64,000 bases of DNA from Saprospiraceae bacterium (GCA_045105695.1 JBGCDT010000055.1:16538-80537), one strand, 5' to 3'. Shown: positions 19,214 to 29,925, counted from the stretch's first letter. Numbers and translations: made by a program. The notes: a model not told the origin generated them from the letters alone.

Positions 19214-20137
19214 TTAAAGTTGGGATGCCAGGTAGCTGTGGCTAATAGCAATTTCTTCAGCTGATAGATTCTTTAGGTAACTATGGATTGGTAAACTTTT
19301 CACCAGTCCCACATCACCAGGTCTATTCACTTCCTCGTTTATTGGAATATTCAGTACTTGATACATTTTACGAAAATGACTGATTCGTAATCTGTTCTGA
19401 GGTTGAATAGAATTGTCAATGCGATCCCACTGCTCAGGACTAAATTTAAGAAAGTTGTAAATCGAAATACTCTGGTCTAGGTGTGCAAAGTGATCAGACA
19501 TATCTATGAAGTGGCTCATCAGACCTCCTGGGGCCAGTACTCTCTTGAACTCAATCAAGATATCCCTTAAAATATCTTCATAGATATGTTCAAAAGTATT
19601 GTTTGATAAAACGAGCTCTACACTATTCTCACTCAAAGGCAAATTTCGAGCATCTGTCACTAGATAATCAAAATTTAGTTTCTGACAACAATCTTCAAAT
19701 GTTAATTGGCTGAAGCGCTTAAGAATATCTTCGAGTATTTTCCAACGTTCCTCTTTAATAGGAACGAATTGCTCTAGTTGTCCTGATTTATTACTTTCCA
19801 GAAATGCATTTAGTGTAGTTCCCAGTTTTTCCTTATTTGTCAATCGACTGAGATCTACAGAGGTTATTTTTTCAGCTCCTGTCAGAAAGCAGCAAATAGG
19901 TATAACTGGGTACCAACCTGTTCCGATTTCTAAGGCGGACCAGTTGGGTTTATCAACTAAGTACTTGTTTCTGAATTGGTTATGTTGTTTGAAATGGATG
20001 AGTTTATCTTCAAAGTAAGCATCAGATAGCTGAACGCCTTTAGTGATATAGGTTTGAAATAGCAGATTCAACCGATGTTTGAAGGGTAGAAAAGAAATTG
20101 TTTTTTGAATAACAGCCTTGAGTATCCATTTTTTCAT
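19214..20137 (-). CDS. class I SAM-dependent methyltransferase
   Basis: 307 aa with SAM motif I (ALEIGTGWYP) and a post-I acidic residue (SVDLS). Motifs LSNNTFEHI and APGGLMSHFID are typical of the Methyltransf_11-like fold. Confidence 0.7.
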   Translation of the reverse strand: MKKWILKAVIQKTISFLPFKHRLNLLFQTYITKGVQLSDAYFEDKLIHFKQHNQFRNKYLVDKPNWSALEIGTGWYPVIPICCFLTGAEKITSVDLSRLTNKEKLGTTLNAFLESNKSGQLEQFVPIKEERWKILEDILKRFSQLTFEDCCQKLNFDYLVTDARNLPLSENSVELVLSNNTFEHIYEDILRDILIEFKRVLAPGGLMSHFIDMSDHFAHLDQSISIYNFLKFSPEQWDRIDNSIQPQNRLRISHFRKMYQVLNIPINEEVNRPGDVGLVKSLPIHSYLKNLSAEEIAISHSYLASQL

Positions 20138-20224
20138 GGAACAAAAATAAGGGGATACCCTTAAAAACCTGCTTTATAAGAAAAAAGATTAATAATGAAT
20201 TTTGACTAAATGAATAAAAAGTTA

Positions 20225-20232
20225 TAAATTTG
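20225..20232 (+). promoter_or_regulatory. Bacteroidota-type -7 promoter box (TAAATTTG, consensus TAnnTTTG) for tRNA-Gln
   Basis: Exact match to TAnnTTTG, 28 nt upstream of the mature tRNA 5' end. Confidence 0.4.
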
Positions 20233-20259
20233 CAGTCGCTTCCTAAAAGCGAAAGGTTT

Positions 20260-20330
20260 TGACCCATGGTGTAATGGTAACACACTTGGTTTTGGTCCAA
20301 GCATTCAAGGTTCGAGCCCTTGTGGGTCAA
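20260..20330 (+). tRNA. tRNA-Gln (anticodon UUG)
   Basis: Hand-folded cloverleaf: acceptor TGACCCA/TGGGTCA, anticodon stem CTTGG/CCAAG with loop TT-TTG-GT, T-arm CAAGG-TTCGAGC-CCTTG. 71 nt, no encoded CCA. Confidence 0.9.
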
Positions 20331-20335
20331 CAAAA

Positions 20336-20363
20336 AAAGGCTGTTCTTCGGAACGGCCTTTTT
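20336..20363. terminator. bidirectional intrinsic terminator (tRNA-Gln on +, YcaQ-like gene on -)
   Basis: AAAGGCTGTTC-ttcg-GAACGGCCTTT stem with one G:U pair, flanked by an A-run on the left and TTTTTGTTTTT on the right. Confidence 0.75.
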
Positions 20364-20375
20364 GTTTTTATTATA

Positions 20376-21536
20376 CTAGGTAAGTAGCTTTTTGGAATCC
20401 TCTATAAACAAGGAGTTATTGAACTGCTGAAAATCAGATAGTGCCTTTTTCAATACAGGTAAAACCTGGCTCTTATTCACATCATTCTCCCAAACTAAAT
20501 TTTTTACTCGCAAAACGCTAACCTTCCGATCTGCCTTCAAATCAATCTGCCCAACAAACTGAGTCCCAAACAACAGAGGCAAACTAAAGTACCCCACCTT
20601 CCTTTTCGCCTCCGTAACATAGCACTCCAACGTATAATCAAAATCAAAAAGATCTTGCATCCGCTTACGCTGAATAATCAGATTATCAAAAGGAGAAAGA
20701 ATTTTGAGCTGCTTTCTTTTGCGACTTTTTTCAAACTGCTCTATGTCCCTCTTTATAGCAACATAATCATCTGAATCTGCCTTGCTCAGTTTGATGTTGA
20801 CCAGGATTTTGTCTTCAATGAGTTCTTGTATCAGAACGTCCAATTGTTTTCTAGGAATAGTAATCAAGTGACCAATCTCTTTAGGTCGCATTATTCCATT
20901 TGCATGAAGATCCCGTAGAATTAGATGTTTGTAATACTCTTGTTGGGAAGGGAGCGTAGTATTTACATCGGTGGGTAAAACCCGTTCGGTCAAATCAAAA
21001 ATTTTCTGAAAACTTTGTCTGCCGCTAACCATTAATGTGCCTTCCATAAATAATTGACGGAGTGCCTGATTTATAGGATGGCCACCCCAGGCATGATCAT
21101 AGGAAAGACTTTTATCTTTTTTGAAATCAATGCTTCTACTTGGTCCTTCAGCTTTAATTTTATCATAAGCCCATTTCATCCACTTTTCATCCCGCTTTCG
21201 CCAATGGCCAAAACCGGCTTTTATTTTTTCCATGAAGGGTAAGCTGTAACGATAGTTTTTCATAGGTAAGTAACTAGCAGCGTGAGACCAATATTCGAAG
21301 ATCTTTCGCTCTTGCTCTAAATTTTCTAACATTGCTCCTACATAGTTGGGAATCCTTGTCTTCAGTATGTGATGATGCGCCCGTTCAACTACAGATATGG
21401 TATCAATTTGAATATAGCCCAAATGCTCAATGACATTCAGTGTTCCATTTTTACCTATGAAGTCAGACTTGCTTAATAACAATTGTCTGGAGACGATAAA
21501 AGATCGAGCTTGTGAAAGGGAAAGTTTTATTTCCAA
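20376..21536 (-). CDS. YcaQ-family winged-helix DNA-binding protein (interstrand-crosslink repair glycosylase family)
   Basis: 386 aa. The N-terminus (LSLSQARSFIVSRQLLL...VIEHLGYIQIDTISVVERAHHHILKTRIP) and C-terminus (YFSLPLLFGTQFVGQIDLKADRK) follow the YcaQ/DUF1006 pattern as I recall it. Confidence 0.7.
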   Translation of the reverse strand: MEIKLSLSQARSFIVSRQLLLSKSDFIGKNGTLNVIEHLGYIQIDTISVVERAHHHILKTRIPNYVGAMLENLEQERKIFEYWSHAASYLPMKNYRYSLPFMEKIKAGFGHWRKRDEKWMKWAYDKIKAEGPSRSIDFKKDKSLSYDHAWGGHPINQALRQLFMEGTLMVSGRQSFQKIFDLTERVLPTDVNTTLPSQQEYYKHLILRDLHANGIMRPKEIGHLITIPRKQLDVLIQELIEDKILVNIKLSKADSDDYVAIKRDIEQFEKSRKRKQLKILSPFDNLIIQRKRMQDLFDFDYTLECYVTEAKRKVGYFSLPLLFGTQFVGQIDLKADRKVSVLRVKNLVWENDVNKSQVLPVLKKALSDFQQFNNSLFIEDSKKLLT

Positions 21537-21644
21537 AGAAAAGTATTTAAGGTGTTTTTGAAAAACCGAAATAATAATAAATACTATTATTTAGCAAAAG
21601 AAAGTCATCTTCTAGCACAAACATAAAGTAGAGTAAAAAACAAA

Positions 21645-24600
21645 CTATCTCAATAGAGTGATATTACCCTTGTCAGAAAAAGATTCTCCACCAACGCAAT
21701 CCACTTCTAGATAGTAACCAAAAACATCTGGAGCTAACTGTTTTCCGTTGTAAGTCCCATCCCAAAATCCATCAATGTCGAAAGTCTCAAAAACCTTTTC
21801 TCCCCAGCGGTTAAAGACCATTAAGTGTAATCGCTCCATGCTATTTCCATAAACTCGTAGGATGTCATTTTCGTTATCGCCATTTGGTGTAAAAGCATTC
21901 GGAATAAAAATGTGAGGAGGTAAACAGATAGGAATTTCTGTTCGCGTTTGAATTGTAAACTCATTGTTACAACCTAGACTATCTGTTACAACAGCAATGT
22001 ATTCTGTATCTTCTAAAGGAGTGGCCAAAGGATCGAAACAATCATCACAACTTAGCCCCTCCGATGGCGTCCAGCTATAATTATATTCTGAAGGAAATGG
22101 TCCAAGGGCGACTGTATCCCCTAGGAGAATAGTTACTTCCGGTAAAATTGTAATCACAGGGTTTGAACGAATCTCCAAGGTTACACAATGCATACTATCA
22201 CAACCGTTGACTGTCTGAGCCGTTTTACAATAAGTTCCTGCACTTTCATAAATAACTCCGTCTATAGTAACAGATTCTCCTTCACAGATAATAAGTTCAT
22301 CCTCGGTATTGATTGAAAGATTTTCTTCAACTGTTATACAATGAATACTATCGCAGCCCGTAAATTGGCTTACCATTGTGTCGCAGTAAATACCTGGAGT
22401 AGAAATATTTTGACCAAAAATCATCACGGACTCTCCATCGCAAAAACCGGTAACTTCCGAGGTCGCTTCGCTACCAAGAACATTCACCTCAATAGAAGCT
22501 GTTGAAGAACAGCCTATAGCATCACTACCTGTCAGGAAATAAGTAGTGGAAACAGTTGGTGAAGCAAAAGTCTCAGAGCAATCTGTACAACTCAATCCAG
22601 TGGCGGGCGACCAAGAGTAATTCAATGCTCCTCCATAACTCAGTAATGTAGAATCACCATTACAAACCGTTGCATTGGCTGGACCGTTCAAAGTAGGCGC
22701 TGCACCAAAATCAATGTCAATTTGATCTGTATTTTGACATCCTTCAGGATTGGTTACCGTCAATGTGAAAGTTGTAGGAGTATTGTTATTCATTGTAGGG
22801 TTGAATACTTCTGAATCACTTAATAGGTTCGCCGGAGACCACTGATAAGTATACTCAGCATTGTACAAAGCTTCTAACTGGACCGTACTGCTTTCGCAAA
22901 AAAGTGTATCATTCCCCGCAAAGGCAATCGGAGCATCAGCTACTTGAATCATAATACTATCTGTGCTATTGCATCCTAAAGCATCTGTCAATTGAACGGA
23001 ATAAACTGCATTTTCAGTTGGCGAAATCCACTGTTCTGCGAGTGCTGGGTTTAGAATGTCAGGACCGTCCCACAAGTAAAAGTTAGCATTTGTTGTCTGT
23101 AAAAGAAGAGAATCCCCAAGACAAATTTGTGTCGCATCAGCTGTTATCTCTAAGGTCGGCTGGACCACCACCGTGAATTTATATGCAATGACACAGTCTT
23201 GTCCATCATCTTCTGTAAGGGTATAAGTCAACGTATTTGTATTGTTAGAACTGTTTATAAGATCTATTGAAGTAGTAGCACAATCTGTACAGCTCAGTCC
23301 AGTACTAGGGCTCCATTGGTAGGTGGCCATTGGATTTTCTGGTATGCCTATATTTTGGCTTTCGCCAGAACAAAGGACAGTTTCCTCTGGAACTAAGTAA
23401 TTTACAGTGGTCGTTAATGGTTGCTCATCTCCTGCACAAGTACAATGTTTGCTTTCGTCAATGACAGCTATCAAGTCACAAGCTTGACCACTATCCATAA
23501 TAAAAGTCCCGTTGAGTATAAGAGAATTGTCAGTCGTAATCGTATTGTTAGAAATATCACTGTATACGAGAAAATCACCGACTGACCAATCTCCAGAGTT
23601 GTCGCTGTCTATGTAGAAATCTACAATTAGCGGAGGCTCAGAGTCATTACCGATGTTATTAATAAATATGCTGTAGTCAATGGTTTCATCTGTTCCGGAA
23701 GGTGTAACGGTGACTTTAAAATCGCTTAGATCAAAGGAGGCTCGGTCGATGTTTAACTGCAAAATACTACTTCCTGTTTCTACTAAAATATTACAAGTCG
23801 AATTATCTGCGGTGCAAAGTGCAGAGGCAGGCCCTACTGTTTGTAAGAGCATAATTCGAGGACCACATTCCAAATCAGACAGCCCCATTATTTCAATGTC
23901 AAAAGCAATAGCATCTCCTGCAACGATGTTTGGAATCAAAGGCCATTTCAATACTTGCAAATTATTAATCATCGCAAGTAGTGGCTCCTGATTCACTGCG
24001 TTCGTGTTTCCTGAAAAGGAATTTGGAACATAACTGATGCCAGCTGGAAGCGTTATGAAGATGCTGTCGCCATTTATAGTGTTTGCATCTGCGATGAGAT
24101 TGACGGAGACTGAAGTACTGTCTTCACAGTTCACAGTAGGAGTTCCACTGACTGCGCTAATAGAGGAATTGTATGGCGGTGGCAATCCACTCAGGGTAAT
24201 TGGTTCGCCCGCTTCCGCTAAACTATTCGTCGGAATACCACAAACTTGTTCTGCATCAGCAAAGAAAATTGGATAGGAACCAGCGATGAAGTCACAATTG
24301 GTAAACAATTGAAAACGAATCTGAAAGCTATGACTTGGATTGGAAATAAAGCCAGGTAAACCATTTTGTCCAATGCTGTCTTGTGTAAGTGCTATGTTCC
24401 AAAGCATTGTCCCGGTACCGGTATCAATGGGATCTCCAATTACTGTAAAAGCATTGTTGGAAGGATAGCTAATTTCACTGGATCCAGGTAAAACAAAAAC
24501 ACCTGGTGGTAGTTGTACTTCCACTGTTGGTTGATAAGCTGTACCTAGATTTGCATTGAAAATGGTAATGGTATGATAGTCAATAGTGTCGCAAAGGAAA

Positions 24601-27600
24601 TGCGAACCTATTGGACTTTCTACGGTTTGTTCCAACGCAGCAGGTGGTGATATGACGGTAAATATTTTTGAATCCTCAAAGCAAGGAGTTGTAATAGGAT
24701 TGTTATAAATGTCGCAGTTCCAGCCGTAGAAGACCTCTACAGGTTCTTCATTGCAGCTGCTATTTGTTGCCGTAAGACGTAGGTTTTCAATTTCGGCAGG
24801 ATCCATTGTTCCTATTTGAAAGATGCCATTGATTTGTGGATAGCTACTACCAGTCACTCCGTTTGTCAATTCAAAATCGTTTAGTAATCCGCTTGCTGAG
24901 AAAGGTCGAACCCAGACATTCTTAGCGGTACCACTATCAAAAGAAGCTACATTAGTTATCATGTTTTCTAAAGTGAAGTCCCACTCCGCCTGATCGTTGT
25001 AACTGGTGTAACTGAAAAACGTAGCATCCAATTCCAAGTCTGGATACAGGGTCCGAAGAGCAGCAGCTTTATAGAAAGAGGTGTCTATCGGATTTGGAAA
25101 AACTAAATTTGCCGCTGGTTCTATACGTGCATGAACAGTCATTGGAAATGACCCACTAGTTGAACAGTCTGCCAAAAATCGACTTTGCAAAAGAAAAGAA
25201 AACCCTTCGTCTAGGTCAGGGAGTTGGTATGGAAGTAAATCGTATTGATACGTAATGTTATTGTTAGAAAAACTAAGTGGCTCTTCAGTCCATAGAGAAA
25301 TATCTTCTTGCAATTCTAAAAAAGTAAGCTTTGATTCTTCAATTGAAAAACCATCTGAAAGCTCAATTTGCCAGTTTGTTAGTTTTCCTAATGACCGATG
25401 CTCATAAGGAAAGAAGTTACCTTCCCCTAGCAAAAAAGAAAACAATGTACCTCCGACGAACTGACTTGTATCACAATCCGGTATAGCATGTATACCCGAA
25501 GCGATATCGTATTTGTATCCAGAGAGCTGCATTGTTAATCGTTCACATCCACAACTAAATTCACCATCCAAAGAATCAATACCTATTTCATCCAACAAGT
25601 ATACTTCAGGACTAACGATAAAATTAATAATAGGAGGAATAGAGCTTCCTGAAGTGGAGGCCAGATTGTGATTAATTTTGAACTGTTGTTGAAACAATAT
25701 AGAATCACCGTCTTCATATTCAAAGCCAATCGGTAAATCGCAACTGGTGGTAGAAATCAATTCCGGGCTAATGTCAAATTGGAAATTAAAGGACTGATTA
25801 TTCTCTAATGTATTTATAGTCAGTGGCATACTCAGTCCGCAATCATAATATTGCCCCGAGCTGTTATCGTATATAATAAGCTCCTGCTTAATTGGCAAAA
25901 GTCCATTTTCTAGAAACAGATCAAGACCAGAGGTACTAATATCTGAAGCTCCTATATTTACTAGAATTTGCCCTGCCGGAAAGGTATAGCCTGGCTCATC
26001 AATGTTTACTACACTGTTTACATTTAGCTGAACCGTATCTCCTGCCATAATTCTATCCCTTCTTACAAGATCAAAATCTATGACTCCGTTTGCATCTGCG
26101 ATTCGGTTGTCATCATTATCTGGAAGGCCGTAGTTTGTTCTAAAAATCGAAAAAGTATATTCTGCATAGCCTGGGATATACTCTTCACAAAGCGGCAATG
26201 CACATTCTACAGGGAAAGGTTGAGAAGCACAAGTGTTCAGATTGCAGATATCCGGACAGCCCTCAATTATTTGTAAGGAACTATTTACAGAAACTCCGAC
26301 AGCTACAGGAGCATCGGTTTCGCAAAGATCAAGACAACTTGTTATAACAGTGTCCTTACAAATCACTTCCTCACAAAGATCATCGCAGATAAGTTCTAGA
26401 TCAAAACTCATAAAAATCGAATCGCTAGAAAAAGGAGGACTGTAGGTTGCACTGATGTATGTAATGGTATCTGTAATATTTGTATCAATATTAATTGGCG
26501 TTTGACCATCCAAAATCAAATCGTTAGAGGGTAGCAAAGATAGTCCACAGGGAAATTCGAAATATATGGTAAGTAGCTCAGCGTCATTCAGCAGCTCTCC
26601 AGAAATGATACTGTATTCATAAGTCTTTTGACTGCCACCTGGTATTGGTACCGAGGGGGCTCCTAATAGTTCGCTATCAATCACTGGCCCCGTGTGTTCA
26701 AAATCACCCTCTCCTTCAATCTTAGGAATTGGAGGACAAGGGCCATAGTATTCATAGGAATATTTCCAAGGGGCATTTTTATTTGGATTGCATTCCAAGG
26801 CACAGGCATAAGTATTCCAACTCAATGTTATAGTTTGTCCTGCTTCTAAAGCAGGAATAAATAAGGAAGCAATTTCATAAACAGCATTCTCAATATTGCA
26901 TGCTCCTTCATAAGGTATCAAAGAGTCGGGAATGACATTTTCAACACTAGAAATAAAACCACTCGAATCAATACTGAAAGAGGTTGGGTCAATCCCGGCA
27001 TATACACTTAACTGCATTACTTGTACTTCGATATTTGTAGCTAAGTGATCGCTGGTATTAGTAATTGTTAGACTATTCTGAATAGGATCTCCAGTACAAA
27101 AACAATTTGGAATTTCACTCATATCAGGAGTGAATGTAAGTTCTGGTTCTAAGTAAGGAGTTTCGATATTGACAAAGCCTTCTATCGGAGTCGTACTTTG
27201 GCAGGTAACAGTATTACAGCCCCATGTAGCACTAATGTTAGAAAGTGTACCGGATATCGGTTCTCCACAACTGGTTATTAAAATTTCTTCAACTATAGTT
27301 ATTGATTCGTCCAACTCAAAAAGTTCATCTCCGTCTCCGATAGTCGAAAAATCATCTCCATCAATTAATACGGATATAACATTTGCAAGTGTAGAGGTGT
27401 CCGTTCCTAAATTTGTACTAATTTCAATTCCACCCTGATGACTATCCTGAAAACTAAAAGATCGTAAAGCTCCTAGTCGAGTATTGGTAATGGTGAAAGT
27501 TCTATTAACTATATCGCCCTGCGAACCACTATGCACTAGGACTCCATTATTGGCCATTACTAGGAGTGGTGTTTCTATATTGTAAGGGGTAGTAATAAGA

Positions 27601-28019
27601 CTGTTACTACCATTTTCATAATTTGTAATTATAGTGTTAGAAAATATCTGCATGTTATTGATAGCATCAATCAGGCTACAATTTGCAGAAGCGAAAAGAC
27701 TAATTGTTATTGATTGATTAGCTGCTAAGTCAATAATAGAAAAAACAGGGGTATTTAAATCTGTAAGATCAGATTCGACCGCATTAGCTATACTACCAAT
27801 GTTGTAGCTGACTCCTTGGGGGAATTGAATATTGAGTGAGATGTTCTCCGCCATTTCAGCGGAAGAGTTCGTAAGTGTTACTTCAAAAACAGCAGAGTCA
27901 CAAACCACCAGGGCATCTTCATCTATTGGATTTTGGTAAGTAATAGCTAAGTTTTGAGCATAGCTTTCAAACTGAATTGAGCAGATGAAAATTAAAAAGA
28001 GTGCAATAATACGACCCAT
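21645..28019 (-). CDS. giant (2124 aa) cell-surface protein with T9SS type B (gliding-motility-associated, CHU_C) C-terminal sorting domain
   Basis: Signal peptide (MGRIIALFLIFICSIQFESYAQ) and DUF11-like N-terminal repeats. Multiple Cys-rich Ig-like repeats carry Y.WSP..GLSC.DC. The C-terminus (FIPNAFTPNGDNENDILRVYG...FNRWGEKVFE...WDGTYNGKQLAPDVFGYYLEV) matches the type B CTD. Confidence 0.85.
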   Translation of the reverse strand: MGRIIALFLIFICSIQFESYAQNLAITYQNPIDEDALVVCDSAVFEVTLTNSSAEMAENISLNIQFPQGVSYNIGSIANAVESDLTDLNTPVFSIIDLAANQSITISLFASANCSLIDAINNMQIFSNTIITNYENGSNSLITTPYNIETPLLVMANNGVLVHSGSQGDIVNRTFTITNTRLGALRSFSFQDSHQGGIEISTNLGTDTSTLANVISVLIDGDDFSTIGDGDELFELDESITIVEEILITSCGEPISGTLSNISATWGCNTVTCQSTTPIEGFVNIETPYLEPELTFTPDMSEIPNCFCTGDPIQNSLTITNTSDHLATNIEVQVMQLSVYAGIDPTSFSIDSSGFISSVENVIPDSLIPYEGACNIENAVYEIASLFIPALEAGQTITLSWNTYACALECNPNKNAPWKYSYEYYGPCPPIPKIEGEGDFEHTGPVIDSELLGAPSVPIPGGSQKTYEYSIISGELLNDAELLTIYFEFPCGLSLLPSNDLILDGQTPINIDTNITDTITYISATYSPPFSSDSIFMSFDLELICDDLCEEVICKDTVITSCLDLCETDAPVAVGVSVNSSLQIIEGCPDICNLNTCASQPFPVECALPLCEEYIPGYAEYTFSIFRTNYGLPDNDDNRIADANGVIDFDLVRRDRIMAGDTVQLNVNSVVNIDEPGYTFPAGQILVNIGASDISTSGLDLFLENGLLPIKQELIIYDNSSGQYYDCGLSMPLTINTLENNQSFNFQFDISPELISTTSCDLPIGFEYEDGDSILFQQQFKINHNLASTSGSSIPPIINFIVSPEVYLLDEIGIDSLDGEFSCGCERLTMQLSGYKYDIASGIHAIPDCDTSQFVGGTLFSFLLGEGNFFPYEHRSLGKLTNWQIELSDGFSIEESKLTFLELQEDISLWTEEPLSFSNNNITYQYDLLPYQLPDLDEGFSFLLQSRFLADCSTSGSFPMTVHARIEPAANLVFPNPIDTSFYKAAALRTLYPDLELDATFFSYTSYNDQAEWDFTLENMITNVASFDSGTAKNVWVRPFSASGLLNDFELTNGVTGSSYPQINGIFQIGTMDPAEIENLRLTATNSSCNEEPVEVFYGWNCDIYNNPITTPCFEDSKIFTVISPPAALEQTVESPIGSHFLCDTIDYHTITIFNANLGTAYQPTVEVQLPPGVFVLPGSSEISYPSNNAFTVIGDPIDTGTGTMLWNIALTQDSIGQNGLPGFISNPSHSFQIRFQLFTNCDFIAGSYPIFFADAEQVCGIPTNSLAEAGEPITLSGLPPPYNSSISAVSGTPTVNCEDSTSVSVNLIADANTINGDSIFITLPAGISYVPNSFSGNTNAVNQEPLLAMINNLQVLKWPLIPNIVAGDAIAFDIEIMGLSDLECGPRIMLLQTVGPASALCTADNSTCNILVETGSSILQLNIDRASFDLSDFKVTVTPSGTDETIDYSIFINNIGNDSEPPLIVDFYIDSDNSGDWSVGDFLVYSDISNNTITTDNSLILNGTFIMDSGQACDLIAVIDESKHCTCAGDEQPLTTTVNYLVPEETVLCSGESQNIGIPENPMATYQWSPSTGLSCTDCATTSIDLINSSNNTNTLTYTLTEDDGQDCVIAYKFTVVVQPTLEITADATQICLGDSLLLQTTNANFYLWDGPDILNPALAEQWISPTENAVYSVQLTDALGCNSTDSIMIQVADAPIAFAGNDTLFCESSTVQLEALYNAEYTYQWSPANLLSDSEVFNPTMNNNTPTTFTLTVTNPEGCQNTDQIDIDFGAAPTLNGPANATVCNGDSTLLSYGGALNYSWSPATGLSCTDCSETFASPTVSTTYFLTGSDAIGCSSTASIEVNVLGSEATSEVTGFCDGESVMIFGQNISTPGIYCDTMVSQFTGCDSIHCITVEENLSINTEDELIICEGESVTIDGVIYESAGTYCKTAQTVNGCDSMHCVTLEIRSNPVITILPEVTILLGDTVALGPFPSEYNYSWTPSEGLSCDDCFDPLATPLEDTEYIAVVTDSLGCNNEFTIQTRTEIPICLPPHIFIPNAFTPNGDNENDILRVYGNSMERLHLMVFNRWGEKVFETFDIDGFWDGTYNGKQLAPDVFGYYLEVDCVGGESFSDKGNITLLR

Positions 28020-28257
28020 AGCTTTATTGTTTTCCGTTGATATCCGTCGTGGTAAGAGATTAAAGCTAACTAATTTATAGGTGTTTTAATAGTGATAACG
28101 TTAAATTCTATTGAAGAACAGGTATTGGTTTATACCAAAATTGATCTCTTGGTTTTTACTGAACATTATGTCCTGCAAATGATTTCATTCTAGTACATTG
28201 TGAATTAGAGGAAATCTTAAAGACATATTTATACTCACTACAGAATACAACACAACC

Positions 28258-29334
28258 TTGAAACAATCATTTTTCACTAAAGCTTTGCTAAAATGGAATA
28301 TGCAGCAAAGTCGCCCGATGCCTTGGAAAGGAGAGAAAAATCCATATCTGATATGGTTATCCGAAATTATTCTACAGCAAACTAGAGTAGAACAAGGGCT
28401 GCCATACTTCGAAAAATTTAAAGCAGTTTATCCTACCGTTCATGATTTGGCGCGTGCTCCTGAAGATGAAGTAATGAAATTATGGGAGGGGCTTGGGTAC
28501 TATTCACGAGCTAGAAATTTACATAGTACTGCGAAGTACATCAGTGGAGATTTGAAAGGAGTATTTCCCAAAGAGTACAAAAATATTTTGGCGCTAAAGG
28601 GTGTAGGACCATATACAGCCGCGGCCATCGCATCCTTTGCCTATGGACTTCCTCATGCTGTTGTCGATGGAAACGTGTACAGAGTACTATCGCGTTTTTA
28701 TAATATAGATGATCCAATTGACACGACCATTGGAAAAGCTAAGTTTGTAAAACTGGCAGATGAATTATTAGACAAAACGAAACCGGGTGTTTACAATCAA
28801 GCGATTATGGATTTCGGAGCTACTGTTTGTGTTCCTAAAAATCCAATTTGCGACTCCTGTCCTTTGCAGGTGAAGTGCAAAGCCTATGAAAAAAACAAGG
28901 TGGATAAACTTCCGGTCAAGTCGAAGAAGCTGATTCGAAAGAAACGTTTTTTTAACTATCTCGTAGTGAAAGATGAAGGGAATCAAACGTTGATTCGGAA
29001 ACGAGTAGAAAAGGGAATATGGCAGAACCTTTATGACTTTCCGTTGATAGAATCGACGAAGCAAATTGAGTTGGCAGATTTGAAGAAACAAAGTGATTGG
29101 AAAGATTGGATTGGGAAAAACAAGCTAATAATATTGCCGAGTAAACCCTTCAGACAGTTATTGACTCATCAAGAAATCATTGCTGTTTTTTGGGAAGTAA
29201 AGATTAACGATATTGAAGATTTACCAATGTTTGATCGGTTTGCTTCTGTGGATTGGACTGCTTTGGCGAATTTTGGATTTCCAAAGATTATCGATACCTA
29301 TATCAAGGATAATTCTTTATATTTAAGATTATAG
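28258..29334 (+). CDS. mutY: A/G-specific adenine DNA glycosylase
   Basis: HhH-GPD core (ILQQTRVEQG, LKGVGPYTAAAIASFAY), an Fe-S cluster C-x6-C-x2-C-x5-C (CVPKNPICDSCPLQVKC) and a NUDIX-like C-terminus. A TTG start at 28258 is needed to keep the conserved N-terminus (LLKWNMQQSRPMPWKG). Confidence 0.85.
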   Translation: MKQSFFTKALLKWNMQQSRPMPWKGEKNPYLIWLSEIILQQTRVEQGLPYFEKFKAVYPTVHDLARAPEDEVMKLWEGLGYYSRARNLHSTAKYISGDLKGVFPKEYKNILALKGVGPYTAAAIASFAYGLPHAVVDGNVYRVLSRFYNIDDPIDTTIGKAKFVKLADELLDKTKPGVYNQAIMDFGATVCVPKNPICDSCPLQVKCKAYEKNKVDKLPVKSKKLIRKKRFFNYLVVKDEGNQTLIRKRVEKGIWQNLYDFPLIESTKQIELADLKKQSDWKDWIGKNKLIILPSKPFRQLLTHQEIIAVFWEVKINDIEDLPMFDRFASVDWTALANFGFPKIIDTYIKDNSLYLRL

Positions 29335-29438
29335 ATAACTTCTTATAGTTGAACTGGGTTATCTGATCTTTTTTATCGAATTTTGCAAATGTTTTTAAAC
29401 CACGTTTGACAATCAAATCATCCTCTAAATTAATTGCA

Positions 29439-29909
29439 ATGGTTAATAAAGTAACTTTAATTGGAAACCTCGGAAGAGATCCTGAAATCAGAAGATTAGA
29501 ATCAGGATCCGCTGTTGGTAAGTTTTCTTTGGCAACAAATGAAAGCTACAAAGATAAAAATGGTGAATGGCAGACTCAGACGGAATGGCATGATATCGTC
29601 GTTTGGCGAAATCTGGCAGAGCGTGCTGAGCGAGACCTGAAGAAAGGAAAATTGATATACGTCGAGGGAAAGCTAACGCATAGGAAGTGGCAAGACAAAG
29701 AAGGTAACGATCGCTATAACACAGAAGTGGTTGCGAATAGCTGGAGATTGTTAGAAAAGAGAGAAGGGTCGGGCAATTTCAATAATAGTAATTTCCCAAC
29801 TCAGGAACCTGCTGCAATGAGTAGCACCCCTGCTACCTCTTCTGAAAGTTCAGCATCAGCAGATACGACGACTGCAACTGAAGAAGACAAAGACGACTTA
29901 CCATTCTAA
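29439..29909 (+). CDS. ssb: single-stranded DNA-binding protein
   Basis: OB-fold N-terminus (MVNKVTLIGNLGRDPEIRRLESG), a low-complexity linker and the acidic tip DDLPF. The ATG at 29439 is preferred over the ORF-track start at 29406. Confidence 0.9.
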   Translation: MVNKVTLIGNLGRDPEIRRLESGSAVGKFSLATNESYKDKNGEWQTQTEWHDIVVWRNLAERAERDLKKGKLIYVEGKLTHRKWQDKEGNDRYNTEVVANSWRLLEKREGSGNFNNSNFPTQEPAAMSSTPATSSESSASADTTTATEEDKDDLPF

Positions 29910-29925
29910 ATAAGAAAACTCAAAC

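Noticed and set aside
20040-20333. 97-aa - strand ORF
   Set aside because: It overlaps tRNA-Gln (20260-20330) and the methyltransferase 5' end, and it has no motifs. The tRNA fold is unambiguous.
23680-27438. Several 70-103-aa + strand ORFs inside the 2124-aa gene, and similar ORFs inside 57411-61592
   Set aside because: All are antisense to long intact reading frames and translate to low-complexity Ser/Thr/Val-rich sequence that mirrors the sense-strand repeats.
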